A stretch of 64,000 bases of DNA from Antedon mediterranea (GCF_964355755.1 NC_092673.1:23495648-23559647), one strand, 5' to 3'. Positions 35,479 through 50,600 are shown, counted from the first letter of the stretch. Numbers and translations are program-made. The notes: generated by a model not told the origin, from the letters alone.

Positions 35479-36779
35479 TAATGAAGAATGAGATCGATGT
35501 CAGTCCAATACCAGTGGGCGTGGTCATGCATGTAAACCTCCTATTTCAACTCCGAAATGTTTACGTCGTAATAACATATTATACAGTACAAAATCTTCAT
35601 ACTATAGACTGATGCATCGTTACCCATCTAAAGTATTATCGTGTTAGTACGAATGATTAATGATTGTCGTCCTATTCCAATTTAGGCGGATTAGATAAAG
35701 CCGTTCAGACTGTTTTCCCGTTGTCATGCGTGGTTGCATGGCCATTTGTACGAGTTTCAACGGCTTCTGATTAGGATTGTGATTCACGGCGACACTGCAG
35801 TGAATAAAGTGATTATTAAAAGATTGCTATTTTTATTGACTGTCAACAACGTACATATTACCTGTATACTGCAGTATATTGTGATTGGTACATTGGTAGA
35901 TATACAATTCTATAATAAAAAATTGGAAAATAATTAGGAAACATGGCAAAATCAGCACTATTACAAGTGGTGTCGAAACAATATATAGAGATCTGATGCA
36001 ACTCATTATGGTAAATGTACGTAACCTCGAAAGTTTATTATGAATGTATTAATAAACAGCGCGTAATACTGTAATAATTGTTCTCTTCTTTATATAACAA
36101 CTAATACATGTACCTGTACCGGTAATTGTCGATGCCCCCTACATCAAGTACAACAACAGCGAATCGTTGTGCTATTCATCCATAGTTCCTGTCGTTTCTG
36201 TAAGGCTACTTTGTTTTGTTTTCAAATTGTGAAAACAGTGAAAACAATCAAAAACAATATTATCACGATTTTTTTACAACTATTAAAATAGGATAATTTG
36301 GAAAAAAAATATTAGGAAATTAATATAGATTGATACTCCTGGTACAATATATTTTTAACTGACATTATAAATATTCTATTGTATTATTTAATAATGTTTG
36401 TTCAGTGACAAGCTATATCGGGCCCTGGGGCTTTTTAAAACTAAAACGTACAGTATTGCGATCAATGTTACACTTTAATATACATAGTCATCTACTTGTA
36501 ATTGTCCAAATTGTCAGCGAGGTTCGTTTAAGTGGTAATCGATATTGATCGATACATTTTAACTAATTGTTGTCACATGTAATGTCCTCGATGTCCGGTG
36601 ACCTTTTCAAAAGCTATCAGCATGCGTTAAACTCAGTAGATTTTGTAGATTTTTGCACTATTTTAACGCCTTTATACGCATTCAACTAATTACTTGATAT
36701 TTTGATAATTAAACACCTACGCTGGTCTGTTGCCTTAAATGTGGTAGGTAGGTAGTGTAGCACATATTTGTTGCCGTGT

Positions 36780-36902
36780 CATAGGCAAATTATGTGATAC
36801 AGAGTCACATGTATCATATGTGGTATCAGTCTAACCTAAGCTTAGCATAATACAGGCGTAATATGTGATACATGTGATACTGTATTGCAGAATTTGCCTA
36901 TG
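36780..36902. mobile_element. Foldback MITE with CATAG...CTATG ends
   Basis: CATAGGCAAATT/AATTTGCCTATG and tcacatgtatca/tgatacatgtga arms; no TSD seen. Confidence 0.55.
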
Positions 36903-37459
36903 ATAGGCTACATAAAATATTTGGAGATGCTGTATAGTACAGAGAATCGGGTGAATAAAATATACCTACGAAAAAAATTCTTTATTATTTTGTAATATTG
37001 GTAATTAGTTCTAATAGATGTTTAAAGTAGGTAGCACCGAATTAATAACAGATTAATCAAAAATCATAACGGTATTTTATTTTTATGAACAATCATGTAA
37101 CACTTAATTATCAATATAATATTTATATGATATATTTAAAAGCACATTTGCAAATTGAAATTTGATAAAGACCAATTTATAATAATATAGGTCAACTAAT
37201 TGCAAAGAGGTATCTCCCACCCACTGTGACCTATTTTCAATCATTTTCATTAACCTTTAAATTATTTCGTCATCTACACAGCGGTGTAAAATATACGAAT
37301 TATAATAGATTTTAAAATAACAAATATTCATAATTTAATTATTAATACACCAGCTATAAGCTTTACTTTCTTATATTCATTCAAATAAACAATTAAAAAA
37401 ACGTAAACGAGATAATTTCAGATTACACTGAACATTACAGTAACACAATATTTACGTAA

Positions 37460-37621
37460 AAGTCTTTCTACACTATCAAACTTATGTGACAGACAGAAAA
37501 ATGTGATTTGCCCATATTTGGACATGATGATGTCATATCACTACCTTATTTAGGCATATCACTTCATATTTGGGCACATCACATTTTTTTTCCAAGCTAG
37601 TTTAATAGTGTAGACAAGGCT
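37460..37621. mobile_element. PIF/Harbinger-type MITE, family A (diverged)
   Basis: Same TIRs and internal repeats. Confidence 0.8.
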
Positions 37622-37926
37622 TAAGTTATGGTAAATGAACATAAAGTTTTCACTTGAAATCAGATTTATCGTCCTAGATTTCAAAATGTAGTTTAACCCC
37701 ATGACGTCATCTTTAGTAGTAAGCTTTTCTATAATGTTTACAGAAGAAAGAAATGTTCGATTTTGCTATTTTGTTTCTTAAGTCTTTTCTTAATCTGTAT
37801 AATCATGAACTCAGCTGTGTTCGTAATTAAACAATAGAATCCAATATTTAAAACCGTCTTGTAAAACAGAGATTAGAAAAATTCATTGAGTTGAAAAGAT
37901 AAAATATTATTTAAGTTGAAATACCG

Positions 37927-38061
37927 TTTTTAGTCGCGTGCAACGCGACTCTGCAGCTCACTCTGTCGGTCGGTTGGTCGGTCGGTCCGTCCGTCGGTCG
38001 GTCGGTTGGTCGGTAAACACTAACTTAAGCACGCGACTGCGACCATGTATATGGCCTTGTT
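37927..38061 (+). mobile_element. Helentron/DINE-1-like element, subfamily 1
   Basis: AGTCGCGT-gca-ACGCGACT 5' palindrome, (GGTC)n, ggtaaacactaact core. Confidence 0.75.
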
Positions 38062-38439
38062 TTTTAAAGGAGACAGACCGGAGTTAATTAGAACATTCAG
38101 GATTTCAACGAATGGAAATATTCTTTCTATTCAATGTGTACAAACAATTCAGTAGGCCTATAGTTGATTTCTTAATTGTTTAAAAGTAAATCTTTAACCA
38201 AGTAGTGCAAAGGCTATACGAGAAATAGACAGTGCTCAGATTGTTGTGACGGAGTTACAGACGGCGTATTACAAACTAGTTTTCAAGTTACCAGCCTCAG
38301 GTTATACAGTCTTATAAAACATGTTTACAAGCAGCCGTGAAATAGAACTAATACTGAACGTTGCATCATACGGAATTAACCAATCAAATGACAAAGATAT
38401 ACCAATGTATATATTAAATATTATTAAGTTAATATATAG

Positions 38440-38609
38440 CCACACTATCCGAACTACTCTTAATCTCTATTTATGTGACAAACAATATAATGCGGCCATA
38501 TTGGAATATGATGATGTCATATCATTACCATATTTGGGCTTATCACTACCATACTTGGGCATATCACACTTTTTTTTTGTCAAACTATTTTGATAGTGTA
38601 GAAAGAGCT
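38440..38609. mobile_element. PIF/Harbinger-type MITE, family A (left end decayed)
   Basis: Internal repeats and right TIR tgatagtgtagaaagagct. Confidence 0.75.
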
Positions 38610-38711
38610 TTACAGATTATTTGCATATTATGTCAATAATCTCAATACCTCGGTTCATCATTGTAATTGTTGATATTTTTAGATTTGCATCTGTTAAACC
38701 TGTTAATTAAA

Positions 38712-39257
38712 AGATGTATTGTCCCTTTGACTAATCCCAAAAAAATAAAAAATAAAAGATTTCGAAAAAAGGTGGGTCATTTTGAAGTATCATAATAGTT
38801 ATTAACTATCACCAAAAATTTGTCGAAAAAAAAATCATTTAACTAAAATACAGACGTTTTTTTGTTTAAAAAATAACTTTGACTTCCAGTCAAAGTTTTC
38901 CATCAAAACATATCCCATAATGAAACGCGCTTGTTTCGCTACTATGTATGCATATTTCATAAAACTTCTTTACGATCTGTGTGAAAATACCTTCTCAACT
39001 GTGACGAGTTGTAAATAATCCTAATTAGCATATGCAATATGCGTACTCGTGGTTTGAAATCTTTGTTTACTTTCGCTCGCGACAATTTTCCAGACGAAAT
39101 GTTATCAAACTAATTTACCTGTTATTTACGTAAACTTGTTGTTTTGGCTCGAATTTTCGACTTAAAGTGAATAACTTTAATATTACTTTGATATGGCCAA
39201 TTTAAATTTAGAATATTTTGACCATCATTTTTTTGTGTTTCAAGGGACAATACATCT
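38712..39257. mobile_element. Non-autonomous Kolobok-like DNA transposon
   Basis: TIR AGATGTATTGTCCCTT / AAGGGACAATACATCT with TTAA flanks (one extra A on the left). A solo end of the same family lies near 46513. Confidence 0.7.
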
Positions 39258-40239
39258 TTAATGAAAATTGTTTAATAAAATCTATTTCCGAGAAATACGC
39301 AGTATTACAAGAAAAGGATGTATACATCATTTTGTTAACAATATGATTTGAGTTATCCATTGTCACTGTACGTTTCAAGACAATGACATATTTATTATGA
39401 AAAAGAATTCTTTTTTTTTATTTAACAAACGCCATAATATTTTTACGACTTAATATAAGGACACGAATAGTCACTTTCTTAGTAAATAGGTAATATTACT
39501 TTTACGTGTTTGGTGTTTTTATTAAACTTTTATGTCATATCAAAATGTATCTACCGTATACCTACCAACTTTTTTTCATTTGCTCATGGGGAGTCAACCG
39601 ATATGATAACATCAGGTTGAACTAACTAACTACTGAAAAGAGGTTCTACATTTGATCATTATAAAATTATATTTCATGTTTTTTTTGTCATCATGATTTA
39701 TGTTATACACATTTAAATTTGAAAACATTCAACACAATATTTTAAATTTGAGATCATTTGTTTGATGTGTTTTCGTAACTCCAAAAAGGACGCCAACTAC
39801 CGGGTGTTCGTAAATAATATGAAGATGCTTTTTTATTATTATGAATCTTCTTTTTTAATGCTTTTTCCAATCAATCAGCGTTACAAAAATAATGGGCAAT
39901 AGTAAATTAATTTATCTAAATCAATTGAATAGCGGCCTTCTTGTAAGTATCTAAGACATTAGTACATCACCAACAATCTAAAACGAATACTTACGCGATT
40001 AATTTTAGTAAGCCATGTAGTGGATTAATGTTTATCCCTTAAACAGTCTGGGTCTTTCTTTAAATTATAAGATCATAGAGATAGTTTTATGTTTTGTGAA
40101 AGCAATGCGGCAGTTAATAACAAGATCAAAAGTGAATCCATTACCCATTAGCCTTACATTTTGATAATATTTCTGTTTATCTTATCTCTTATCGCCGTAT
40201 TCTAAATACTGAAATAGTTTTTCAATTGTGTCTGGATTG

Positions 40240-40348
40240 AACAAGGCCATATACATGGCTACAGTCGCGCGCGTGCGCAAATTTGAGTTAGTGTTTACCG
40301 ACCGACCAATCGACCAACATAGTGAGCTGCTATAGAGTCGTGACTAAA
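40240..40348 (-). mobile_element. Helentron/DINE-1-like element, subfamily 1
   Basis: Reverse complement of the family. Confidence 0.7.
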
Positions 40349-40995
40349 CGGTATTTTTCTATATCTCACAAACAAAACTGTTACTACTGTAGGCCTGATC
40401 AAATTTGTCAATACAACAATCTCTCAATGATATAATGTAGACCAAATAAATAGCGTATCATTAAATCTTTATATCAGGAACTTATCAATTTTATAGGTGC
40501 GGCACCTAGTCTACGCAAGCAAATTCAATAGTAAAGTAGGGCTAAATATGGAGCCCTCTAACTTAAAACCAGCTTCCGGCGGGTTAAATTATAATTTAAT
40601 TCTCTCTTACTAGAATCAAAATGCATACAAATCGGTTTTGACAGCAAAATAAGCACTAGAAGGGGCAGAGGTAGGTGTCATAATCAAACAAGCGGATATC
40701 TGATTTTGCAGAATCAATTCGTTTAGCAACTTTTCTATATGTCAAACAACTTTGTAGACAAACTCTGTTAAAACTTGTTATATCCTTACCAGCTACTGTA
40801 TAAGACAGGGGTGCAGCCAGCAAAGATATAAATAAAAAAAGGGGGGGGGTGTGTCAACCTTTCCCCCAACCATGGGCTGGGGGCAGGGGGCCGCCAAGGG
40901 CTTTGGCGGTCTAAGGCAATCTAGATAATTTGAATCGGTTTACGCACACATAAATAGGACAATGTTAACACTAATAAACTGCACCAAAGAAAACA

Positions 40996-41124
40996 AACAA
41001 GGCCAACAGCCATAAGTCGCGTGCAAAAACGCATAGTGACACTGGACCGACAAACAGACCGACAGACCGACAGACCGACCGACCGACATAGTGAACTATA
41101 AAGTCGCGTCCAGGCGACTAAAAA
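40996..41124 (-). mobile_element. Helentron/DINE-1-like element, subfamily 2, nested in a hAT remnant
   Basis: Reverse complement of the 17148 type. Confidence 0.75.
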
Positions 41125-41581
41125 CAACTCTCAAGTTTCATTACAGAACATTTTTATATTCCAGGCTGCCCACAAACACTTTTTTTCTTGCTTGTTTGTT
41201 GATTTGGGTAGAGAGGCTGTAAAACTCAGAGGAGGAATTATTTCAGTTCCTCCCTTTTTACCAATAAAAAATTTACATGAAATGAACGTAGAGATGCAAA
41301 AGTTTGAAAAAAGAAATTAGAATGATAGCATGGAGTGATATTATTAAATGAGAACCGTAAGGTTAGAGTCCATACAAGTCCAAGATGCTATCTTGGCTCC
41401 GTGTGTATGTGGGACGCTTCATACCCATCCGTATTATACGCATTACACTCGCATATTTATCGCCTGTATGTACATACAGTATTTTGTTTAAGAATATACC
41501 TATTTTGTTCGAATGTATAGTAGGCTATATGTGATAGCTTATACATAATTCTAATAACTAACTTCTAAATTAGTATTATTC

Positions 41582-41935
41582 ATCAGCTTCAGCAGACGTT
41601 ACGGGCAGTACACATGCGATTAGAAGAAGTAAACGCTTTCGGGAACACATCATGATCCGCTAATTTTACAATAGCTTCCGTTAAATCAACAGTCGCTTCC
41701 ATCGATGAAGATCGGAATAAAGATGTTCGTGTCTTGGTAGATCATCGTACCAAAATTCATAGACTCGGGTGCTACGCCAAATATTTTAAAGCATGTGGTC
41801 TGTTATCGGCAGAAAAACGGGTTTTTAACTCGGTTTGTACATGATCAAGAAGTTGAATTGGTAATACGGTAATACTGCTCGGTAGTAATCTTCCACAGTG
41901 TCTTCAGGATGATTTGATCTGTATTGTTGTCTCAT
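41582..41935 (-). pseudogene. Frameshifted hAT transposase C-terminus (THAP12/ZMYM-type, dimerisation domain)
   Basis: Minus-strand pieces RQQYRSNHPEDTVEDYYR, LLDHVQTELKTRFS, DLHRWKR, DHDVFPK, LLLIACVLPVTSAEA. Confidence 0.8.
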
Positions 41936-42639
41936 GTTTTTATTGTTTTTCCACAAAAAAAAAAATGTGGGGGGTGGGGGTCAGGACCCCGTGCCACCTA
42001 CACCTGGCTGCGCCCCTGTTACACATTTAAAAAAAAACTTGTCATTAACTCACAATCACTTGTTGGAACTCAATATGTGTAAGAACTTTAAGAATTAAAG
42101 TTCCAGTAGGCTTAATATGGAAAAAAGCCTCACATAGGAACTTCTATGACCGTTTAACTCCAGATGTAAATGGTAATTTGAAACGATTTAGGCTAACATC
42201 GCACATACAATTTCAGACAAGTTGATACACACATACCGAAGGTGCTAGACAATTTGTATTGACTACAATTGTAATGTTATTGCAAAAAAAAGACCTTATA
42301 TCTTTACCGTAGTCCCTTTTGTCACCGTTGTTAACACTTTTATACCCCTTTCTGATGTTTCAAACGTACTGATGGCTAATGTCTTCATTAATGGAGCATT
42401 ATTGATGATTAATAGTACGTTTCAATAAACAAAAAATTATTTGTTTCACTCATCCGTTTCGAATAATCATTAGAGTATTGTATTTGTAAATCACCTGATG
42501 TTGTTTAGATTACAATACATTTACAATTGTAGTTACCGAGTTGAAAGTAAAGTTCATTGTAGAAAGAAAGAAGGACACAACTTGTATGTATCGTAGTTTG
42601 AAATAAATGTTATTGCAATACTGTAGTATCCAAATGCCG

Positions 42640-43030
42640 AAGAAGATAATAGATAGACGAAGATAAATTATATTTATATATATCAGAAGATGTCAGAACA
42701 ATGATTGGAATGGCTAAGAAAGAATAGAACTTTAAAAACTGCGGAAAGAACACAATCTTGAGAATTGGAAGATAAATGAAGCTACGATGGCTGGACTCTT
42801 ACTAAAACTAATGTAGTCTTCCTGCTGAAATGCTATTATTGAAACGAAGATTAAATGGAAATTTGAAAGAGAAAAGAAAAAAAAACAAAACCAATATTTG
42901 AACGCTTGGTATGAAAATGAAGCTGCTTGGTAAACTGTAGACTTGCAAATCTGGGCTAATCCAGAGTGATGAAAATTTCCAGAGTGATAAAAATGTCTTT
43001 GAGCAATCGTTTGAGCATGAACTTAAAAAA
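42640..43030 (+). mobile_element. Highly decayed RTE-like LINE 3' end
   Basis: KLRWL and IIETKI...QYLN remnants with many frameshifts. Confidence 0.35.
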
Positions 43031-44278
43031 GAAACTATACAACAAATGTACTAATTATTAGAACAAAATCATCTCATACACAATTAAACTATATATGCTT
43101 GATAGTAGATCAATCATTGGTATATATATATATTTGTAATGTTAAAATGTTATGTTTTGATGAAACAGTACCAGATTTCCGCTTGCATGTTGTTGTATTC
43201 CTGTCCTAAAAATTTAAGATGGTTCCTAGAGACTTTATCTAGTATTATTCACAGAATGAATTCTTCAAAATCCAAAAAGCCATTAAAACGCAGATATTTA
43301 GGACAGATTTTCCAAATCTGTTTTTCGTTGACAAGAATGTTTGATTTATAGGCCAATATTCTTCATTTGTGCCAAAAGTTATTTATAATGTAGTAAAACC
43401 ACGTGTCAGTGATGGTCAGTCATGTATTTTTATGTTCTAACGAGCATACGTTTTAAAGAACATGGCAAATGTTGAGATGTATCTGGATTTGACGACATTT
43501 ATGCAATTTAAGAGCTTGTGATGTTTTTAGTATTGCTAAATCTTTCTCACTAAATTTCAATGATACAAAGACATTATGAGGATTTTCTTTCAATCATCTC
43601 CTTTTTTATAATGTAAGACTCTAAAGAAAAATAACTGAAATGCGGGGTAGCGTAATAGTCGTGCTTGGTTGTACAACAAGTATTATAACAATTTCATTTA
43701 TTTATCCACATTCATTATATTTTCTCTTTACATTGTTTCATTTTTCAGCAATATTTCCTTACATAATTCATATACAAAAGATTATTATTTATGTTGAGTT
43801 GAGAAGAAAGGAAAGCAATCTTTTACTGTATCAAGTACTTCAAGACAGTAAAATTGAAACGAAAACTTATGTAAATATAAAAACCAAATAAAGAAATGCA
43901 TTTTAATGTCTGTTTTTAACATATTATTGCAAAAACAGACATTATATTTATTAAAATGTATACTTTAATAAACGATTTAATAGATTTTTGTCTCCAAGTT
44001 TTCTCGTGGCTACTTCTTCATTTACATAATATTCATTTTGTCTTTAATGTAAGAATTTCAGAGACCATATTAATGTTTTTCCAATCTCTCAACGTCTCTA
44101 TCGTATACGGTATACTATTTTCAAGTATTCAGATTATATATTTTTTATTTTACGGAGATGCCCTTAGATTATACAAAAAACAGTTAAGAGGTAAGGGTAT
44201 TTTTTAAATTTATAAACTACCGTTTACACACATTTTTAAGTTGGTAGCGAACCAAGTTCATTGAGTTTCCCAACTAAA

Positions 44279-44332
44279 GCTTGGTTTCCACTGACCCCAA
44301 GGTAAAACTTCGAATTGTGTGGAAACCAACCT
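44279..44332. mobile_element. Very short Harbinger-like TIR pair
   Basis: taaAGCTTGGTTTCCAC...GTGGAAACCAACCTtta. Confidence 0.45.
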
Positions 44333-45587
44333 TTAGGATGCGCTTTCTAAGAAATAAGGCACTTTGCCACAAATCTACATTAATTAGTTACAGTTTAATA
44401 TATATTATCCCACTACCTTTGTATATTATTAACTAAATGTATTAACAGAGAATGACGTAATATAACCCATCACACAAAGTGACACAAAACAGGATTTAAT
44501 TACAAGTTAAATTAGGCTGCTTTATATTATCGAGGAATTAGATATTTGTAATACTTCCGTACACTATGCAGAAAAATAATGTAGATAAAATCCAATCTAT
44601 TTTATTCCGATATTATTTCACAAACGTTATTAGGTGGTTTTACACAATCATAAATTTGATTAGATTTCACTGGAATGGATGAACAATAATGGCACACGAT
44701 GAAATCGGATGAATGATGAAACAAAAGTACCGCATAAATGTATTCATAAATCTGCCTAGACTTGTACAAGCAATAGGAATAGGATAATACAAGATACAAG
44801 TCAACATGTGTTTGTACATAATAGAAACCATCAAAAGTTTCACACAAATTTGTCAAATCATACCAATATTAAAGAATGACATTTTTACCAATTAAAATCG
44901 GCAAGGTTTGAGACACACACTGTTAGTATATATTCAAACGATCCCTTTTTAAATTTTATAATAGAGAAAGGTGTATGCTAAGCCTGATTGTCGTCTGAAT
45001 GTCAACATTGATTTCCTCGCATTCATGTCATTGTTCTTCTAGACCTACTTCCATTTCCAAATTTCAATATTTTGAAAACATTTCATTTAGTAACATCAAA
45101 TTAAACAGATAACACAACATATTGGAGAAAAGTGACTAAAGTCTGTAATTTCAAAAATTAAAAACATTTTTAATTTTTAAAACATACATTTTGGAAAATT
45201 ATTTATAAATATTTTGTCTGTCTTTGTTTAGAATTTTCAATTCATTAACAGAATTCCAGAAATTTAACTACTTTATTCCATTGCTGAATTTTCCAAAATC
45301 GACTTGACCGTTAATCTACGTGCGTGTTTTGGACAACAATTTACTTAACACTCGACAAAAGCTATCGTCTAAACGCATCCATAGCACGGATGCTTCCAAT
45401 TTAGAATGTGTTAGTATAAACGTACGTGTTAAACAAATTCTAAGAATGAGCTTTTCATTCGTTTAGTACATAAATATTGATCAGGTTTAATTCGGTATCA
45501 AGACGGTATAAATAAAAGCCGATGAAAGTTCTTTCATGGGTTAATTATGGATGGAGAATTACTAACGTATTGGAAGGTTCTGAAGGA

Positions 45588-45660
45588 CGTGCGTACACAA
45601 ATTTGAGTTAGTGTTTACCAAACGAGTGATCTGTAGAGTCGCGTTTGCACGCGACTCAAA
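45588..45660 (-). mobile_element. Helentron/DINE-1-like fragment, subfamily 1
   Basis: aaatttgagttagtgtttacc...gagtcgcgtttgcacgcgact. Confidence 0.6.
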
Positions 45661-47229
45661 ATTGGTAATTGGCCTACAATCCGGTTTGGTAGAAATACAA
45701 AAAATCGTGTAATACAGGTTATACCTCTGTGTCGTTAACACCGGTGCAACTTTGGTGCAGCTCCAACAGTTGCAGATGTGTATCCCATAACTTTAGCTTG
45801 ATCGTTAGTTACAATATTTTCTTTGTTTTTTAGTGTAGTTTTGTACCACGAATGTAACTTGTATTCCCGAGTTATCTTTATATGTATGTTTCATTTATAC
45901 AGACAATTAAATTGTATGGATCTTGAGAATCTGAACGCAAAACAAACTAAATCGCAAGGTTGAATGTTTAACTCTGATAGAGAAAAGAGGATGTAACTGA
46001 AAACAGTCATTACTTTTATAGATTCAATTTCATGTAGTTGAGAAACTTCTTGTTGTTGTTACTTGTCTGTATGAGTGTCACGCTATTTGAAATTTGAAAA
46101 AGCAAATGGTGGTGAGGGGTTGACATAAGCCCTGACCCTTCATTTCCCAAATCATCAGAACCGGACGATAAGTATCTCTAGCAACTGCTTTGACACTACT
46201 CTTCATAGATGCAAAAATATATATACATTTTAGGCTTATATTACAATAAACGTCAACATTGCTTAATATAATCTTTTATTGTTATCCTTTTTTATTATCA
46301 AAAACACAAGAACATCTTAATAGGTTCTAGCTATAAGTGGTAAGTGTAAGCCTCTGTGTGACAAAAAAAAAATAAGTTGATAAGCTATGGGATTTTCTAG
46401 TTTAAAAAAAAACTGAACCAATTTCCGCCTAACTAAAAAAAGAATTGGTCAAAACGGAGATGGAAGCTTGGAATAATTGAGCTGTACTGAAAAAAGAATA
46501 CTATTCTATTAAAGATGTATTGTCTCCCTGAAAAAAGTAATTCTTGATTGAATTTCTGCCTTTATCTGTAGTTTTTACATTTACGAAATATATTATTTAG
46601 GCCCACAATGGAAATAAGTTTGCCGTCTCGGTACTTTTTTGTGTTTTTATCCTATTGATTTTATATCAGAATAAAGAAATAAAATAAAATAAATAGGCTC
46701 TATCGTGATGTGTTAAAGTTGAGCAGATATGCAAATGATTCTCTTATGTCTATAGAGACAATAAAATACATAGTTGTATCTTAGGATTTTCCTATTTTCT
46801 AATCACTTTTATTGAGTGGGTCTATTTAATCCTATATGCAAACACTTATAAATATTAAAGATATCAATTGCATGTTAAAGTTATATGAGTTAAGTATATT
46901 TAAATATAAAACGTTTAAACTAACCTAATACAATTGTTGTAAACAAAACATCCATTATAAATCATACTATAATTCACCTCTCTAAAATACGTTGTGCACA
47001 AATGGCTCTCAAACGGCTCTCAAACATTAAATAACAATGACAATTGCATTCTGTTTTCCAGTTCTCGTTTAATTTATATTCCAAATCGTTCTTCAGGGTT
47101 TGAAAAAGTAGTTTCCTAACAAATTGACTATTTTACATTATGCCTATGTGTACGAGAACAGTAAATAGAAACATACTAACAAAGTTGTTGTCATAATGAA
47201 AAAAAATCAATTAACGAGTACTATAGAGT

Positions 47230-47620
47230 ATATTTTATTTATTTAGTTATTTTATTTGAACCATATTTAATGAGGTTATCTATCCAGCAATTGATGATCA
47301 TTTGGGACCTTCAGAACAGATACAATACACAACATACAATAATTTTAAAATGTGGAACATAGTAAATAACTGATGTGTTAAATTAACTGAAAATAATAAA
47401 AATGTAATATTTTACAATTTAAAGTCTGGAAAAGGATTACATAGTTTGGAGAAAAGTCATAAGTCTACTTTTGAATGAGGAAAAGGATAAGGAATGGCAG
47501 ATAGATAGATAGATAGAGGAAGATCATTGTGGAAATGAGGGGCCTTGTAACTTAGAGTTTGACAATTTCAGGATTTAGCAATATGAAGATTTCCTTTGTG
47601 GTCGGATTCAAGGCCCGGAT
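47230..47620 (-). mobile_element. Decayed CR1/L2-group LINE 3' end
   Basis: Minus-strand HNDLPLSI...SLSFSSFKSRL pattern followed by an AATAA-repeat tail. Confidence 0.45.
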
Positions 47621-50600
47621 ACCCCTACATGAAATGTACAATTCAAAAGATAGAACATTGCACTTATACCCCACCCCGACACTATTTAAACTCATGGATC
47701 CGTTTTGTTATTTTGTAATTCATGGTGTTCAGAATTGTAAAGAAGATACTAATCCGTAACAACGAATTGATGTCAATGATCGTTCTAGTTCAGGGGACTT
47801 CCCTGAGGACAAAATTAAGCAGGATAGGATGTGGTTAGGAATGCATCTTGTGGTGGAAACTGAAATTTTGAATTGTATCAATATTGTTGAATACATTTGT
47901 GGACAGATGAAACAGCAATATGTTGGAGGTCTTAAAATAAGGTTAACCCCAGGGCGTTAAATAAGTTATGCCAGGATAAACAATTACAGCTACAGGAAAA
48001 CAAATGAAAAACACGTTTTTAGTGGAAGCCATTGGCTATAGAACTATCTTCATTCCAACCATGACAATTTGTTTCTTTTTTTTGTATTGAATAGATCAAG
48101 TTGGCGACTGCATCATAGAGACAAGTATGTATGTTCTTTCTAATTAAATGTGTTTATATTTTTAATCCCAACAGTAGACCCCCTATAAATGGAAAACCTT
48201 CGAGACCCAATAAGCCACTTAATATCATGATGTCTCCTAAAATGTTAGCATAGTGTTAAACATTTGTTTCCAAGAAGGTGTTCTAGTATTACTATATACA
48301 TTTTGGAAGTTATTTCTAAGAAAAGTATCTTTAAAAATTGACTTTGTACTCTGAATTGTTGTATGTATTGTGTATGAACTGCATGATCCGTGTAGCAAAA
48401 TACCGTTAAACTCACATTTCATCTGCTGCATGTTGTCACATTATTTTATAGTTTATTATTTATTCGCATATAGAATAACAGCACAGCATAATAATAGTGT
48501 CATTCCGTATGTTATTATATTTCAGGGTCGTGGCTCTACAGAGCAATAGGAATAAACACACACACATTCAATGTAAATTTATACTATACAGTATGCTGTC
48601 TGAAAATTAAAGTACAACTATAAATGTAACAACATTCAGTCAAGTATTTATACGATTTGATATTAAGACTGAACCGTCTTTCAAGCTACAGTCCTTTATT
48701 CGTGTGATTCCGTTCAGTCATACCGTAGTTGACAACAGTTTACGCTCTCTATAAGTGTAGTTTTGTCGAAATACGTCCACGACAACTGCGCGATGATTAC
48801 TTGTTATGATTTAAGTATTTCATCGAGGATCAAAAAGACAAGTGCCATAAATATTCAAGTTTTGTATTTCAACAAGTAAAAGTGTGTAATTGAGGTATGA
48901 GTGCCATACGTATAATGAAATAAAGTGATTTTTCTACTTCATCTCCAATTCAAATTATATAATTCTGGGTGTGTCAATATTCTCTATTATTGTTACAATT
49001 AATTAAGCATTGTATAATCATTTTTCCTGATGAGATGATGCGGAATGAACTGTTATATCCGTGGTATTTGGATATGGGTATCTCGCAGTATTTATTGACT
49101 CAAAAAATAGTTAGTTAAATTGACATGGTTTATTTAATTATGGTGATTCAACAGAGCACTTTTTGGGTGTAGGTGTGGCACGCCCTATGACGACATAGGT
49201 CATAAAAGGTTCCATTGGCCCCAGAGCTTAAGGGGCCCCGGAGCATGAGCATCCCCAATGTAACTACCAAGCGTTGAAGAGTCACTTAGGAGTGCTAAAC
49301 CATTGCCCTTCCCACCTGTGTTACGCAACTACACTTAAACGTCATAATTGATACCAGCATTCACCAATACAGTAGAAATCCTATTATTAAGCGAAAGCTC
49401 TCGGTTTATAACATAGTGTCCATTGAACAGGTGTTGACAAGTGGTGATTGGTCGAAATGGCATCACATGACTATCGTTCCGAGGATAAAAAACGTTCGGG
49501 AAAATATAATCGAAAGAATCTGTTTAATATTTTCCCGTTTTACGTTTCACGAGAAAGTGCTCTTTTAATATGGGTGTCCAGATTCTACTTACTTTTATAG
49601 AAAATATAATATAGGCCTATTGTACGTCATAATGTGTTCCTAATACGTTTTAATAACTGAAGGTTCTGACGTTAAACTATGTTTTTAATCAACATTGCGT
49701 GATTGCCAGTAGTACACATTCATGCGGTGTTGTGGTGATGTTTGAGAACATCTTGAACCCTTGTCGGTGTTAAGTGGCAATACATCTAGACAAAGTTCCG
49801 CTAATTATGAAAAGTGTACTTGAGACAGCCACTTAAACGTGAATAAAAATATGTTCAATGCTCTGGTAAATTTACTAAATTAATTTACTTGATGCTAATA
49901 TGTTTTGATCTTAAAGCTAAAGTAGCTGCTTATTCTCTTTCGTTATCAATTTCCATAAGTACAGTTTTGAGTTTTAGAGACTCCATTCAAACTATATGTG
50001 ACTCGCTGTAGATAAATTAAAAATGTGTAACTGAACGAAAAACATGAATTCCTCTTTAACTATGGTCAAAATAAAAATAGCAACCTTCCGGGGATTTTTT
50101 CCCCAGAGTTAAGCAGGTCAACCCAATATTACCATACCTGGTGAATTTCCAGGAAAATGAAAACAATATTTCTTGATTATTACGAAACTAAACGTTGTGT
50201 TAAAAAAAAAATTAACAAAAACGTAGACTTCCGGATGATTTTTTTTTTCTACACCGTTTATTTTTTCATATATATATATACTTCGTAAATGCCTCTCTTA
50301 CAACAGTTTTCCTAAAAAACAATAGGGATTTTATGGAATGATTTTATCTGTCCCCACTGATAAGAAAGTAGTATTCTCCAAAAAAACACCCTGTACCACG
50401 AACAAATGAAAACAGTTAAAGGGAAAATATAGATCGATAATTATTGGATTCGATGATAAATAAAATTGTTTTTACCTGTAGCTGGTCTTTAAATACTGCT
50501 TTGTTGATGTGTCTTTAGTTACCTATTGATGTTATGCTATGTATACAATGGTTTTTATTGGTGGAATAAAGTTTATTAGTTTGGTTTTTTCATTATTAAC

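Larger units (their letters stand above)
40806..42018 (-). mobile_element. Internally deleted hAT transposon
   Basis: TIRs CAGGGGTGCAGCCAG / CTGGCTGCGCCCCTG enclose a transposase remnant. An 8-bp TSD is not recognisable. Confidence 0.6.
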
